Shown: positions 1-10,304, counted from the stretch's first letter. The stretch: 64,000 bases of DNA from an uncultured Trueperaceae bacterium (GCA_963799485.1 CAWCXJ010000007.1:504401-568400), one strand, 5' to 3'. Notes: generated from the sequence alone by a model not told the origin. Program-made: numbers and translations.

Positions 1-156
1 GATCTCGACTTTATTATCTTGTACCAGGCTCCCTAGCCCGGACGTCGCCCCGTTTTACGGTTTTTTGCTCAGCTCTGCCTCGGTGCAGGTGTTTTTGGCT
101 GAGCGGGGTCTGTTGGGAAGATGCGCCGCTCGTATTTGGCTCCGCGCGTGTGCCGC

Positions 157-253
157 CCTTCTTGGAATTAAATGTAACGCACAAAGTCAGCCCCAGCATT
201 TCCTGCCGGGTAAAACCGGTCGACCTTCTTGGAATTAAATGTAACGCACAAAG
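157..253. repeat. Perfect 30-bp direct repeat pair (CCTTCTTGGAATTAAATGTAACGCACAAAG) separated by 37 bp
   Basis: Copies at 157-186 and 224-253 are identical and AT-rich relative to the background. Confidence 0.95.
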
Positions 254-318
254 ACCCGCTGCAAGAACCCCCGCCGTCTACCTGGGCGCTCCAAAAAACG
301 CGGTAGAATAAACGTTCT

Positions 319-750
319 ATGATTCAGAACCGCCGCGCCTCTTTCGATTATGAACTCCTCGAGCGTTTTGAAGCGGGGATTGCACTAACCGGTAGCGAGA
401 TCAAATCCTTGCGTAAGGGAGGTGTGACGTTGGGCGAAGCGTTCGCGCGCGTCCGGGGTGGTGAGGTCTTTTTAGAGGGGATGCATATCCCGCCGTACCA
501 GGAGGCGAGCTACAACAACCACGAACCGCTCCGCAGCCGTAAACTGCTCCTGAAAAAGTCTGAAATTGCTGAAATCACCAAGGGTCTGGAACGCAAGGGG
601 CTGACGCTCGTCCCGACGCGGCTTTACTTCAAGGGGGGCTGGGTAAAGCTCGAGGTCGCTCTAGGACGCGGTAAAAAGCGCTACGACAAACGCCAAGACC
701 AGGCCAAACGCGACGCAGAGCGCCAGATGGAGCGGGCGCTCAAACGCTAG
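319..750 (+). CDS. smpB: SsrA-binding protein SmpB
   Basis: NRRASFDYELLERFEAGIALTGSEIKSLR, RKLLL and GKKRYDKR motifs. Confidence 0.97.
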   Translation: MIQNRRASFDYELLERFEAGIALTGSEIKSLRKGGVTLGEAFARVRGGEVFLEGMHIPPYQEASYNNHEPLRSRKLLLKKSEIAEITKGLERKGLTLVPTRLYFKGGWVKLEVALGRGKKRYDKRQDQAKRDAERQMERALKR

Positions 751-2040
751 ATGCGCCTTTTCGTTGCGCTAGCTCTGTTTATACTGCTGACGTGCGCGGG
801 CGCGCAGCAGCAGTTGGCGGTCAACGGCACCTTTTTAACTGTTCGCACCGAACTCGTTCCCGGTAGCGCTTACGCGCCGGCGGAAGCTTACGCCAGGGCG
901 CTCGGCGCGGAATACCGCTTCGACGCGCGCACCGGGATTCTGCTCTCGTTCGGTGGGCGGTTTCTCAGCTTGCAGAGTTTTCCCACACCCGCCCAGGCTG
1001 CAGCGGCGACCACAGCCTTGACAGTCGATGGGCAACGCCTACCGAGTACCGGCGCGGTAAACGTCGGCGAGACGCTGTACCTGCCGGTTAAAAGTGTGAC
1101 GGCGGCGCTCGGGGGCAAAACCGCCTACCTCGCCGAGGCGAAGACCGTTGCAGTCGTTTTTCCGAGACCTCGCCTTACCGCTGTGTCGCCGCCGGGGGGG
1201 TGGGGGAGCTACGAGCGCTTTGTCCTGACTTTCGACGCACCGGTCGCTACCGAAGACTATTTTGAACCTTCGCTCGGGGTCGTGCGCTTTCGTTTTCCCC
1301 GAGCCGAACTCGGCTCGGCTCAGCTGAGCGGGCGGCGGTTTAGTTTAAGCGGCGGCCGTATCAGCGACGCTGCGTTCGTCCCGAACGGCGACTTTTTAGA
1401 CTTCAACCTGACGCTTCAAAAAGGCAATACCTACCGCACCTTCAGCGAACCCTACGGTGCCGGTGAACGCGTCGTTGTCGATGTGCTGCGCGACGCAGCC
1501 GGCAGTGCAGGCGTGCAAACGCCGGTCATGGTGCTTCAGGCCGACCCCGGCACCCTCGCGCTGGCCGCACGCCTAAAGGTAGCGCTCGAGTCTCGGGGCG
1601 TTCGGGCCGAGCTGCAGCGCAGTACGCTCACAGCTGCGGCCCAGGCCGGGTTTGCCGCCCCTTTTTTGCTGGCACTCCGGCAAGCACCGCTCGCGCCGGG
1701 CCGTTTTAACGTCTACTATCTGCCCCAAGATGCGCCTGCGCTGAGCGCCCCGGTACGCCGCGCCCCGGTCGAAGCTGCGCTGTCTGAAGGTGCGCGCGCA
1801 CAACTCGCGCGCCTTACTCCTGATGTTGCCTTTGGTGAGCGGCTCGCGCGGGGGCTCGCTACCGGGTTGGCTGCGCGCACGCCTCTAAGCCTGGAGTCGT
1901 TGCTGGCTGTACCCCTCGAGACGCTCGGCGGCGCAGCGGGGCGCGGGGTGATGCTCGAGCTGAGCGCAAACGACCTGAACCGCCCTAACCTGGCGGCGTC
2001 TCTGGCTTCGCTGCTCGGGTCGCTGTTGCCGGGTTCTTGA
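751..2040 (+). CDS. Secreted protein with AMIN-like region and degenerate N-acetylmuramoyl-L-alanine amidase-like C-terminus
   Basis: Signal peptide; RVVVDV end of an AMIN-like domain; C-terminal LALAARLKVALESRGV...FNVYY...GVMLEL resembles Amidase_3 without the Zn ligands. Confidence 0.55.
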   Translation: MRLFVALALFILLTCAGAQQQLAVNGTFLTVRTELVPGSAYAPAEAYARALGAEYRFDARTGILLSFGGRFLSLQSFPTPAQAAAATTALTVDGQRLPSTGAVNVGETLYLPVKSVTAALGGKTAYLAEAKTVAVVFPRPRLTAVSPPGGWGSYERFVLTFDAPVATEDYFEPSLGVVRFRFPRAELGSAQLSGRRFSLSGGRISDAAFVPNGDFLDFNLTLQKGNTYRTFSEPYGAGERVVVDVLRDAAGSAGVQTPVMVLQADPGTLALAARLKVALESRGVRAELQRSTLTAAAQAGFAAPFLLALRQAPLAPGRFNVYYLPQDAPALSAPVRRAPVEAALSEGARAQLARLTPDVAFGERLARGLATGLAARTPLSLESLLAVPLETLGGAAGRGVMLELSANDLNRPNLAASLASLLGSLLPGS

Positions 2041-2639
2041 TGCGCGCCTTGCCGACGCTCTTGGGCGCGCTCGTGCTGCTCGCCGGGCTGCTCGCATGGG
2101 TCAATACCCGTCCGCCTGCCGTGCCGCCGCCCGCTCCGGTAACACTCGAGCCCCTTCCCACAACGCAGTTTCGCGCTGTTCTTATTCAGCAAACAGGCAG
2201 CGAAGTGCGGACGCGTGAGGTTACCCTTCGCGCCGCCGACACGCCCCCTGCACGTCTTGGCGTAACCTTGCGTGCGCTTCGGACGTGGCTCCTGGAGGCG
2301 GGTGCGTGGCCCCGAGAACTCGGCGCGCCGCGCGTCTTCTGGCTCGGTGAAGCAGCGTCCGGTGAGGGCCGCGCCGCCCTCGACTTTTCACTGCAACCCG
2401 GTACACTCAATGTGCCGGTTGCCGCTGAGGTCTGGTTGCTGGATTCGGTCCGCCGAACGGCGGCCCGTCAAGGTGTGGTGGACACGTTTATTCTGGTCAA
2501 CGGACAGGTACCGCCGACGTTTCTAGGTCAGGTGGCGTTGCCGCAAACGCTTGAAGACATAATAATTGAAGACATAACACTTGAAAACGTGCCTGAGAAC
2601 CCAACGCTCGAGACTTCGGCACCCGATACTACCGAGTAA
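2037..2639 (+). CDS. GerMN-domain-like membrane-anchored protein
   Basis: N-terminal TM segment; AALDFS...EVWLLDSVRRT...ILVNGQ...FLGQV pattern; overlaps the upstream stop. Confidence 0.65.
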   Translation: MMRALPTLLGALVLLAGLLAWVNTRPPAVPPPAPVTLEPLPTTQFRAVLIQQTGSEVRTREVTLRAADTPPARLGVTLRALRTWLLEAGAWPRELGAPRVFWLGEAASGEGRAALDFSLQPGTLNVPVAAEVWLLDSVRRTAARQGVVDTFILVNGQVPPTFLGQVALPQTLEDIIIEDITLENVPENPTLETSAPDTTE

Positions 2640-2668
2640 CCCGAACGCCGAGTAACCCGAACGCACCT

Positions 2669-3073
2669 CTAAAAAAGCTGCGCCACCCGGTTTCCGGCAG
2701 TTTGCCCCAAAAGCAGCGCGCCGTAGCCTAAAAAAAGGTTGCCGCCGATATAAAGCAGCGCATAGGCGAACTGAGCGCTTTTTAACAATCCGTCAGCGTC
2801 TAGCTCAAAGGTCGAAAAGGTGGTAAACGCGCCGCAAAAACCGGTACCGAGCGCGAGCAGCCAAACCCCGCCGAGCCGACCTTGTAGCGCCAGCGCCGCC
2901 AAAAACGCCAGCAGAAACGACCCCGTAACATTGACGAAAAGTGTCGCTAGCGGGAGTCCGGCAAAAGGTGTTTGCAACAACCTCTGCTGCACTGCGGCGG
3001 CGACGAGGTAGCGGGCGAGCGCCCCGAGCGCGCCCCCTGCCATCACGCCGAGCAGATTTGCAGATATCCCCAT
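2669..3073 (-). CDS. crcB: Fluoride efflux channel FluC/CrcB
   Basis: GGALGALARY, NVTGSF and GFCGAFTTFSTF motifs. Confidence 0.95.
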   Translation of the reverse strand: MGISANLLGVMAGGALGALARYLVAAAVQQRLLQTPFAGLPLATLFVNVTGSFLLAFLAALALQGRLGGVWLLALGTGFCGAFTTFSTFELDADGLLKSAQFAYALLYIGGNLFLGYGALLLGQTAGNRVAQLF

Positions 3074-4368
3074 TACGGGTACATACGGGTCAACAGTCGG
3101 GGAAAAGGGATGACTTCACGCAGGTGATGGACGCCCGTGACCCACGCCAAAAGCCGCTCGAAGCCGAGGCCGAACCCTGAATGCGGTACCGAGCCGTAAC
3201 GCCGTAAATCCAGATACCAGGCGAACGCGTCTGGTGGCAGATTATGCGCCTCGATACGCGCTTTGAGGAGTTCAAAGTCGTGAATACGCTCCGAACCGCC
3301 GACAAGTTCGCCGTAACCCTCGGGTGCAATCAAATCGTCGCATTTAACGCGGGTCGGGTCGTCGCCAAAAGGTTGCATGTAAAACGCTTTGGTTTCCGTG
3401 GGCCACGCGTCGATGAAGACGGGTCGGTCGTAGAGCCCGCCCAAAATCGTCTCGTGCGGCGCGCCCAAGTCGTCACCCCAAGTGAGGTGTTCGCCGTGTT
3501 CGGCAAGTTTAGCCAACGCCTCGTCGTAGGAGAGGCGGGGGAAGTTGCCCGTTGCAGTGGCCTCGAGCGTCCCTAAATCCCGTTCCAGCATCGTCAGTTC
3601 GGATTTACGGTGCTCGAGTACCCGCCCCACCAGGTACGAGACGAAATCCTCTTGCAACGTCATGTTGCCCTCGTGTTCCAGATACGCGACTTCGGGCTCA
3701 ATCATCCAGAACTCTAAAAGGTGTTTGCGCGTTTTCGACTTTTCCGCCCGAAAGGTCGGCCCGAAGGTGTAAACACGGCCTAAAGCGAGCGCCCCGGCCT
3801 CGGCGTAGAGCTGCCCGGACTGCGACAGGTACGCCGTGTCTTCACCGAACAGGTCGATTTCAAAGAGGTTGGTGGTGCCTTCGGCGGCGTTCGGGGTAAA
3901 AAAGGGCGTATCGAAACGCACAAACCCGCGCTCGGCAAAAAAATCGTGAACGGCGCGCTCCAACTCGTCGCGAATACGCATAATCGCCCACGGTTTTTTG
4001 TTCCGCAAGTAGAGGTGGCGGTGTTCCATCAAGAAGTCAACACCGTGTTCTTTGGGCGTGATGGGGTAGTCTTCGGTCTGCGCGACTAACTCGAGCCCCG
4101 TCACACCCAATTCGACGCCTGAGGGCGAGCGTTCGTCGGCGCGCACCTCGCCGGTCACAACGATGCTCGACTCTTGCGTCAGTGACCGCGCCAGCTTAAA
4201 GGTTTCTTCGTCCACGTCATTTTTAGCTAACACACCCTGCACGAAGCCGGAACCGTCGCGGAGTTGTAAAAAAGCAATTTTACCGCTCGAGCGCAGGCCC
4301 GCCAGCCAGCCCTGCACGGTGACGCTTTCGCCCAAGTGTTCTTTGAGGTTTTGAATAGAGACGACCAT
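3073..4368 (-). CDS. asnS: Asparagine--tRNA ligase
   Basis: OB fold, [41 protein letters not shown]; start moved to ATG 4368 (TAGACT 5 nt upstream). Confidence 0.95.
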   Translation of the reverse strand: MVVSIQNLKEHLGESVTVQGWLAGLRSSGKIAFLQLRDGSGFVQGVLAKNDVDEETFKLARSLTQESSIVVTGEVRADERSPSGVELGVTGLELVAQTEDYPITPKEHGVDFLMEHRHLYLRNKKPWAIMRIRDELERAVHDFFAERGFVRFDTPFFTPNAAEGTTNLFEIDLFGEDTAYLSQSGQLYAEAGALALGRVYTFGPTFRAEKSKTRKHLLEFWMIEPEVAYLEHEGNMTLQEDFVSYLVGRVLEHRKSELTMLERDLGTLEATATGNFPRLSYDEALAKLAEHGEHLTWGDDLGAPHETILGGLYDRPVFIDAWPTETKAFYMQPFGDDPTRVKCDDLIAPEGYGELVGGSERIHDFELLKARIEAHNLPPDAFAWYLDLRRYGSVPHSGFGLGFERLLAWVTGVHHLREVIPFPRLLTRMYP

Positions 4369-4616
4369 GCCTGAGTCTATCAAGTCAGGTCTATCAAACT
4401 CCGCTCAGCAAGACGCTTCAAGCAGCGACGCGTGGGTTTTTAGCGCGGGGGGTAAGCCCGTGCTTTTCCCCAAACGCCCCGAAGTTTTTTAGAGATCTTG
4501 GATTTGCTGCTGCCGACGTCCCGGTGGCGTGAACTATGTTGAACTCAGCGCCCGCGTCAGATAGTCGGGGTGGTTGTGGGTTGGGACAATGTGCTGACTC
4601 GTACGAAAATAAATTT

Positions 4617-5423
4617 CTAGACCGATTTAAGTGTCATCGCCCGTTTCAGAGCTTCGACCACACCGCAGTCGTCCACCTTACCGACTGTAAAAAACCGCTC
4701 GCGCAGTTCAGCGGGCGCTTCGGCCATCACGACCGGATGCCCGACCGCTTCCAACATCGGCAGGTCGCCCACGCTGTCGCCGACTGCCATCACGTTTTCC
4801 GCTTTGAACCGCTGACTTTTGATTAAAGCCCGCACTGCCGAACCCTTTGACACGTCCTTCGCTGTGATGCTCATAAATACCGTGCCTTTAAGTGCGGGGG
4901 AGACGGCGCTCGAGACCTGCGCGCCCGGCAACGTCAGGGCTTTGGCCTGCGCCTCCTGCTCCCCCGGAACGACCCACTGCGCCCGCACCACGGGTTCGTT
5001 TTCCGCGACGTCCTCAAGGTTCCGCACAATCGCCGTCGCGCCGATCATCTTCGCGTGCGCTTCGCTTAGGGGTGTGCGCCGCTCGACGTAAAGCGCGTTC
5101 GAGGTGTAGACCTCCAACACCAGGTTGTGCGCCCGCGCATGAGCGATGAGCGCCCGCGTACTCGCCTCTTTAAGTGCGTGAAGCTCGACCACGTCGCCGT
5201 CGGCGTAGGCGGTCATCGCGCCGTTTTGGAAGATGTGCGGGACGCTTTTGCCGAGCCGTTCCGCGACCCGTTTGGCGACGCCGACGCGGGGTCGTCCGGT
5301 ACACACTGCCAGCTTGATTCCTGCAGCTTGAGCGTCTTCAACGGCGTCCCAGACACAGGACAAAACCTGACCGCTCGAGCCGATGACGGTGCCGTCCAGA
5401 TCGAGCAGTACAAACGGAATCAC
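4617..5423 (-). CDS. Cof-type HAD-IIB hydrolase
   Basis: DLDGT, CTGR, VSKG and GDSVGDLPML motifs. Confidence 0.9.
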   Translation of the reverse strand: MIPFVLLDLDGTVIGSSGQVLSCVWDAVEDAQAAGIKLAVCTGRPRVGVAKRVAERLGKSVPHIFQNGAMTAYADGDVVELHALKEASTRALIAHARAHNLVLEVYTSNALYVERRTPLSEAHAKMIGATAIVRNLEDVAENEPVVRAQWVVPGEQEAQAKALTLPGAQVSSAVSPALKGTVFMSITAKDVSKGSAVRALIKSQRFKAENVMAVGDSVGDLPMLEAVGHPVVMAEAPAELRERFFTVGKVDDCGVVEALKRAMTLKSV

Positions 5424-7201
5424 GCGGGCTCCTTAGTGGATTCGGCGAGGCGTAGCGAGAGTTCCCCCAGCTGCGCCCGCGTCAGTGGCCCCGGCGCGCT
5501 TGTCAGGGGGTCGGCCCCGCGCTGATTTTTAGGAAACGCAATGACTTCACGGAGGCTTTTCGCGCCCGCAAGAAGCATGATCAAGCGATCTAGACCCCAG
5601 GCGACGCCGCCATGTGGAGGCGCGCCGTAAGCGAGGGCGTCTAAAAAGAAGCCGAAGCGTGCCCGCGCCTCGTCGTCCGAAAAACCGAGCGCCCGGAACA
5701 TCGCCAGCTGGGTCTCGAGCTGATAGATACGCAGCGACCCGCCGCCGATTTCAAAGCCGTTCAAAACGAGGTCATAAGCCCACGCCCGCACCTTTTCGGG
5801 TTCGGTAGCGAGCAGCGGCAGGTCTTCGTCGCGTGGACGGGTAAAGGGGTGGTGCATATAGGTGTAGCCGCCCGTCTCCTCGTCGTGCTCCAGAAGCGGA
5901 AAATCGACGACCCACAAAAATGCCAGCTCACCTTCGGGGACGAGATTCAGGTCGTGTGCCAGCTTGAGCCGCACCGCGCCGAGCGCTTCGCACGCGGTGC
6001 GCGTTTTCGCCGCGACGATGAGCAGCAGGTCGCCGTCGCCGGGCGCGTGCTGCATCAACGCCTGCACTTCGGAGTCGGCTAAGAACTTGGCGATTGGGCC
6101 GCTGAACCCCCTACCTTCGCGCCGGAGCCACGCCAGACCCTGCGCGCCGTAAAGTTTGGCGTGCGCCTCGAGCTCCCCCAACCGTTTACGGCTGAGACCC
6201 ACAGCATGTTCCGCCGGAACCGGCAGCGCCCGGACGCTCCCGCCCGAAGCCAGCACCGAGGCAAAGCCGCGAAAGGTCGTGGTGTTAAAAACAGGGGAGA
6301 GGTCGTTCAGCTCGAGCCCGAAGCGCACATCGGGTTTGTCCGAACCGTAACGGGTCAGCGCCTCGTCATAGCTCAGGCGCGGAAACGGCGCAGGAACCTC
6401 GCGCCCCAGCGCTGTTTTGATGACGAACTGCATCAAGCGTTCGTTGAGGTCCAAAATATCGTCCTGGTCGATAAACGACATTTCAATATCGAGCTGGGTA
6501 AAGTCGGGTTGACGGTCGGCGCGGAGGTCTTCGTCGCGGAAGCAGCGGGCAATCTGAAAGTAACGCTCTAAACCGCCCATCATCAGGAGTTGCTTAAAAA
6601 GCTGCGGTGACTGCGGCAGGGCGTAAAAACTGCCGGGTTGCGTCCGCGACGGGACGACGTAATCGCGCGCGCCTTCAGGTGTCGAGAGCGTCAAGAGCGG
6701 TGTTTCGACTTGCATAAACCCTTCTGCGTCTAAAAAGTCCCAGATGGCTTTGCTGACGCGGTGCCGGAGGTAGAGCGGCGCGGCGGCCGCGGGGCGGCGG
6801 AGGTCTAGGTAGCGGTATTTGAGCCGCAACTCTTCACTGACCTCAGCGGCCTCTTCGGGGTTGTTCAGGACAAAAGGCGGGGTTTTGGCTTCGGAGACGA
6901 TGGTGACACCCTCAGCTAACACTTCAACGTCGCCGGTTTTGAGTTTGTCGGTGCGCTGCCCGGCGGGGCGGAGCCGCACGCTGCCGCTGACGCTCACGAT
7001 AAACTCCGGCCTGAGCTGTTCACCTACCGTAAAAGCCGCCGAGTCCGGTTCGATGACGACCTGAACCAGGCCGCTGCGGTCGCGCAAATCCAGAAAGATC
7101 AGCCCGCCGAGGTCGCGGCGGCGGTGAACCCAACCCTGCAGGGTGACGTTCTGGCTTTCGTTGTTGGCGCGCAGGTCGCCGCTCATGTGGGTGCGCTTCA
7201 C
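5420..7201 (-). CDS. aspS: Aspartate--tRNA ligase
   Basis: RRRDLGGLIFLDLRD, LPQSPQLFKQ, FRDEDLRADRQPDFTQLD, GAPPHGG. Confidence 0.97.
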   Translation of the reverse strand: MKRTHMSGDLRANNESQNVTLQGWVHRRRDLGGLIFLDLRDRSGLVQVVIEPDSAAFTVGEQLRPEFIVSVSGSVRLRPAGQRTDKLKTGDVEVLAEGVTIVSEAKTPPFVLNNPEEAAEVSEELRLKYRYLDLRRPAAAAPLYLRHRVSKAIWDFLDAEGFMQVETPLLTLSTPEGARDYVVPSRTQPGSFYALPQSPQLFKQLLMMGGLERYFQIARCFRDEDLRADRQPDFTQLDIEMSFIDQDDILDLNERLMQFVIKTALGREVPAPFPRLSYDEALTRYGSDKPDVRFGLELNDLSPVFNTTTFRGFASVLASGGSVRALPVPAEHAVGLSRKRLGELEAHAKLYGAQGLAWLRREGRGFSGPIAKFLADSEVQALMQHAPGDGDLLLIVAAKTRTACEALGAVRLKLAHDLNLVPEGELAFLWVVDFPLLEHDEETGGYTYMHHPFTRPRDEDLPLLATEPEKVRAWAYDLVLNGFEIGGGSLRIYQLETQLAMFRALGFSDDEARARFGFFLDALAYGAPPHGGVAWGLDRLIMLLAGAKSLREVIAFPKNQRGADPLTSAPGPLTRAQLGELSLRLAESTKEPA

Positions 7202-8484
7202 CGAGCTACCTGCATTTCTGTAGGTTCTGTACGCGCGGCTAGAAATGCCTCGAGATCGGTTTCGGCAACCTCGAGCTGTTCTCCTGATTCCAAATTTTTG
7301 AGCGTATAGACGCCGCCTTCACGCTCCCGTTCGCCGCGAAGTCCGGCAAAGCGTGCCCCACTGCGCTGCGCGTCCCGGAGACCCTTGCCTGGATTGCGCT
7401 CCTTGTAGCCGTGCTGCACCGCAAAAAGACTCCGCAGCGCAAAAGCGGTGCGGGCGACCTCGGCAACTGCCGCTTCGTCCAGCGGGACGAGAAAGAGGAG
7501 CGGTTTAGCTTCGGTCTCGAGTGCCGCGCCGTCCTGCGCCACCGCGTCGAGCACGCGCTCGACGCCGAACGCCCACCCGATACCGGGCGTGGCGGGGCCG
7601 CCCAGATGCTCAATCAGCCCGTCGTAACGCCCACCACCACCCAAAGCCGACTGTGCGCCGATACCGGCGTGATGCACCTCGAAGGCAGTGCGGCGGTAGT
7701 AATCCAACCCCCGGACGATACCGGCGTCAACTTCAAAAGGAACGCCCCAGTCGGTTAAAAAAACTTTTACGGCGTCAAAATGTGCGCGTGCGTCGTCGTT
7801 TAGGAACTCGAGCGGACGTTTAAGCGTTTCTACAATCCGCTGGTCGCCCGCGTCTTTGCTGTCTAGTACCCGCATCGGGTTGAGGCGGAGGCGCTCCCGG
7901 CTCGTTTCGGACAGTTCACTTGCCCGTTTGCCGAGTTCGCCCCGTAAATACCGGTTATACGCCGCTTTGTCTTCCGGGTCGCCGACCGAACCGAGCTTTA
8001 CGGTCAGGTTTTTCAGCCCGCACGCCTGCAGTACGCGGTAGAGAAGCGTGACGGTTTCAGCGTCGATGAGGGGCGAAGCGAGGCCCAACACTTCACAGTT
8101 GACCTGCTGAAACTGCCGAAATCTGCCGCGTTGCGGTTTTTCGGCGCGGAAAATCGGGCCTTTACTCCAGAGCTTGACGGGCGCAGGGCGGGTGTACAGG
8201 CCGTGCTCGAGGTACGCCCGCAGCACCCCCGGGGTAAATTCGGGCCTCAGCGTAAGGGTGCGACTCCCGGCGTCGGTAAAAGTGTACATCTCTTTTTGCA
8301 CGACCAAATCCGACGATTCGCCCGCTGCCTTGACGAACACCTCGCTGTGCTCGAACACGGGCGGCGTAAGCTCATAGACTCCGGCGCGGCCCAGCACGCG
8401 GGCGGCAGCTTCAAAAACATGTGCCCAGCGGGATTGGTCGGCGGGTAAAATGTCGTAAGTGCCTTTAACGGCCTGAAACTTCAT
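7198..8484 (-). CDS. hisS: Histidine--tRNA ligase
   Basis: LRPEFT, FRAEKPQRGRFRQF, VRGLDYY, GGGRYDGL; start taken at ATG 8484. Confidence 0.96.
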   Translation of the reverse strand: MKFQAVKGTYDILPADQSRWAHVFEAAARVLGRAGVYELTPPVFEHSEVFVKAAGESSDLVVQKEMYTFTDAGSRTLTLRPEFTPGVLRAYLEHGLYTRPAPVKLWSKGPIFRAEKPQRGRFRQFQQVNCEVLGLASPLIDAETVTLLYRVLQACGLKNLTVKLGSVGDPEDKAAYNRYLRGELGKRASELSETSRERLRLNPMRVLDSKDAGDQRIVETLKRPLEFLNDDARAHFDAVKVFLTDWGVPFEVDAGIVRGLDYYRRTAFEVHHAGIGAQSALGGGGRYDGLIEHLGGPATPGIGWAFGVERVLDAVAQDGAALETEAKPLLFLVPLDEAAVAEVARTAFALRSLFAVQHGYKERNPGKGLRDAQRSGARFAGLRGEREREGGVYTLKNLESGEQLEVAETDLEAFLAARTEPTEMQVAR

Positions 8485-8613
8485 AACACCCGAGTCTAGC
8501 ACTCGGCTCAGCGTAAAGAGAGTTCACTGGAGGAGGTTACCGGAAAAGGGGCAAGCAACGAGCCATAAAGCGTTAGCTGCTCATAACTCGTTGATTTTCT
8601 CAACTGCCGCTTT

Positions 8614-8982
8614 CTAGGGCAAATTTGCCGGTAAACCGTTGCTTCTTACGCCGTCGACGTAGACGAAGACAAACCCGTAACCGGCGTTTTTAGGAATGTC
8701 CAGAGTGATACGTGAGGGCGTCCAGGTCGTGGTTTTAATCCGTCCGCCGCCGTTGCCGTTGATATCTGCGCCCAACACGACGTAAGAATTAGCGCCTCCC
8801 TGACCGTCGCCCAAGTAGCGCCCCTGCAACACGAGTTCGCCGCCGACCTCACCGGCTGACGTGACCGAGAAAAGCGTCGGTTGAACATTTGTCTCGACGC
8901 TCGTTTGCGGCGCGCAAGCCGCGAGGATAAGCGGGATTAAAAGCAGCGTGCGCCGCCAACCCCTGTAGGTTGAATAACTCAA
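8614..8982 (-). CDS. Lipoprotein with IPT/TIG-like domain
   Basis: LAAC lipobox; WTPSRITLDIP...GVRSN; AGGAGG upstream of a TTG start. Confidence 0.7.
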   Translation of the reverse strand: MSYSTYRGWRRTLLLIPLILAACAPQTSVETNVQPTLFSVTSAGEVGGELVLQGRYLGDGQGGANSYVVLGADINGNGGGRIKTTTWTPSRITLDIPKNAGYGFVFVYVDGVRSNGLPANLP

Positions 8983-9016
8983 AAAAACCTCCTGCTTTCA
9001 GGATAGAAGCAGGAGG
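8981..9016 (-). terminator. Intrinsic terminator after tal, overlapping the RBS/start of the next gene
   Basis: 10-bp stem CCTCCTGCTT/AAGCAGGAGG (8988-8997/9007-9016) followed by T7 on the minus strand. Confidence 0.7.
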
Positions 9017-9048
9017 CGGACTTGTCTGTGCGCGTTTATGCGTGCGGG

Positions 9049-10182
9049 CTAGGTGGCGGACTCGTGCTCGAGCGCCTTACTCCGCGCTTCGGCAAGGGTG
9101 TCCATCAGGCTGCTAAAGGGGGTGACGAACTTTTCGACCCCTTCGTCCTCGAGCTGCTGCGTCGCTTCGTCGATGCTGATGCCCAAGGACTCGAGCGTGC
9201 TTAAGATTTCGTCGGCTTTATCGGCACCTTGCTCGAGGGTCGCGGCGGGCTCGCCCGATTCGCGGTAGTAGTCCAGGGTTTTTTGCGCCATCGTGTTCAC
9301 CGTCGGTTCGCCGATGAGCGGCTGCACGTATTTATCTTCGGAGTAGTCCGGGTTTTTGGTGCTGGTACTGGCCCACAAGAGGCGTTGCGGTTGTGCGCCC
9401 TGCGCGGCAAGTTTGGCAAACGCTTCGCCGCCGAAAATCTCTTTGTAGGCGACGTAGGCCATCTTCGCACTGGCAACGGCGACTTCGCCGAGGATTTTTC
9501 CGGCACGTTCGCCGCGTTCACCACCCTCTTTTTGGATAGCCTCGAGCTCCGCGTCGATAAGCGAATCGACGCGGCTTAAAAAGAAACTCGCAACCGACGC
9601 GACGCGTTCAATGCTTTCGCCCTGGTCTACGCGGTCTTGCAGCCCGTCGATATACGCCTCTGCGACGAGCTTGTAACGCGGCAGGCCGAAAATCAGCGTC
9701 ACGTTGACGTTGACGCCCTCGCTAATCAGCTGCCGAATCGCCGGCAAACCTTCCTGCGTTGCCGGAACCTTGATCATCACGTTCGGGCGGTCGATAATCC
9801 GCCACAGCTCCCGCGCCTCTTGAACGGTGCCGTCGGTATCGTTGGCGAGTTTTGGTGAAACCTCGTAAGAGACGAAACCGTCGGCCCCGCCCGTCTCGTC
9901 GTAAAGCGGGCGAAAGAGGTCACAGGCCCCCTGCACGTCCTCGACAGTCAGGCGGCGGTAGATTTCCTCGACACTTTTACCGTCTTGCGCCAACTGCCGA
10001 ATCGCGTCGTCGTAGTCGCTACTTTTGGCAATGGCGGCCTCGAAAATAGCCGGGTTCGAGGTCAGACCCCGAAGGCCGTCGTCGATGAGGTTTTGCAAAC
10101 CGCCTTCTGTGACCAGACTGCGGCGCAGGTCGTCCAACCACGGGGACTGTCCAAACGTTGAGAGTTTCTCGAGTGGGTTCAT
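9049..10182 (-). CDS. tal: Transaldolase
   Basis: GLTSNPAIF, NVMIKVPAT, NVNVTLIF, VASFFLSRVD, LLWASTSTK. Confidence 0.95.
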   Translation of the reverse strand: MNPLEKLSTFGQSPWLDDLRRSLVTEGGLQNLIDDGLRGLTSNPAIFEAAIAKSSDYDDAIRQLAQDGKSVEEIYRRLTVEDVQGACDLFRPLYDETGGADGFVSYEVSPKLANDTDGTVQEARELWRIIDRPNVMIKVPATQEGLPAIRQLISEGVNVNVTLIFGLPRYKLVAEAYIDGLQDRVDQGESIERVASVASFFLSRVDSLIDAELEAIQKEGGERGERAGKILGEVAVASAKMAYVAYKEIFGGEAFAKLAAQGAQPQRLLWASTSTKNPDYSEDKYVQPLIGEPTVNTMAQKTLDYYRESGEPAATLEQGADKADEILSTLESLGISIDEATQQLEDEGVEKFVTPFSSLMDTLAEARSKALEHESAT

Positions 10183-10304
10183 ACTGTGCCTCCTCAGGCT
10201 GTTGTCTTAAAACCTACTATAGCGTCTATCATCTCACAAATAGCCGGGTGCAACCGTCGTGCGCCGCGCAGATTTTTACGTGCGCCGACCTCTAAACTCT
10301 TGGG

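Noticed and set aside
1..36. Possible 3' end of an upstream gene (DLDFIILYQAP*)
   Set aside because: Too short to identify or support.
157..253. Calling the repeat pair a bona fide CRISPR array
   Set aside because: Only two repeats, no cas genes or leader visible and no recognised repeat family; kept as a repeat and a finding.
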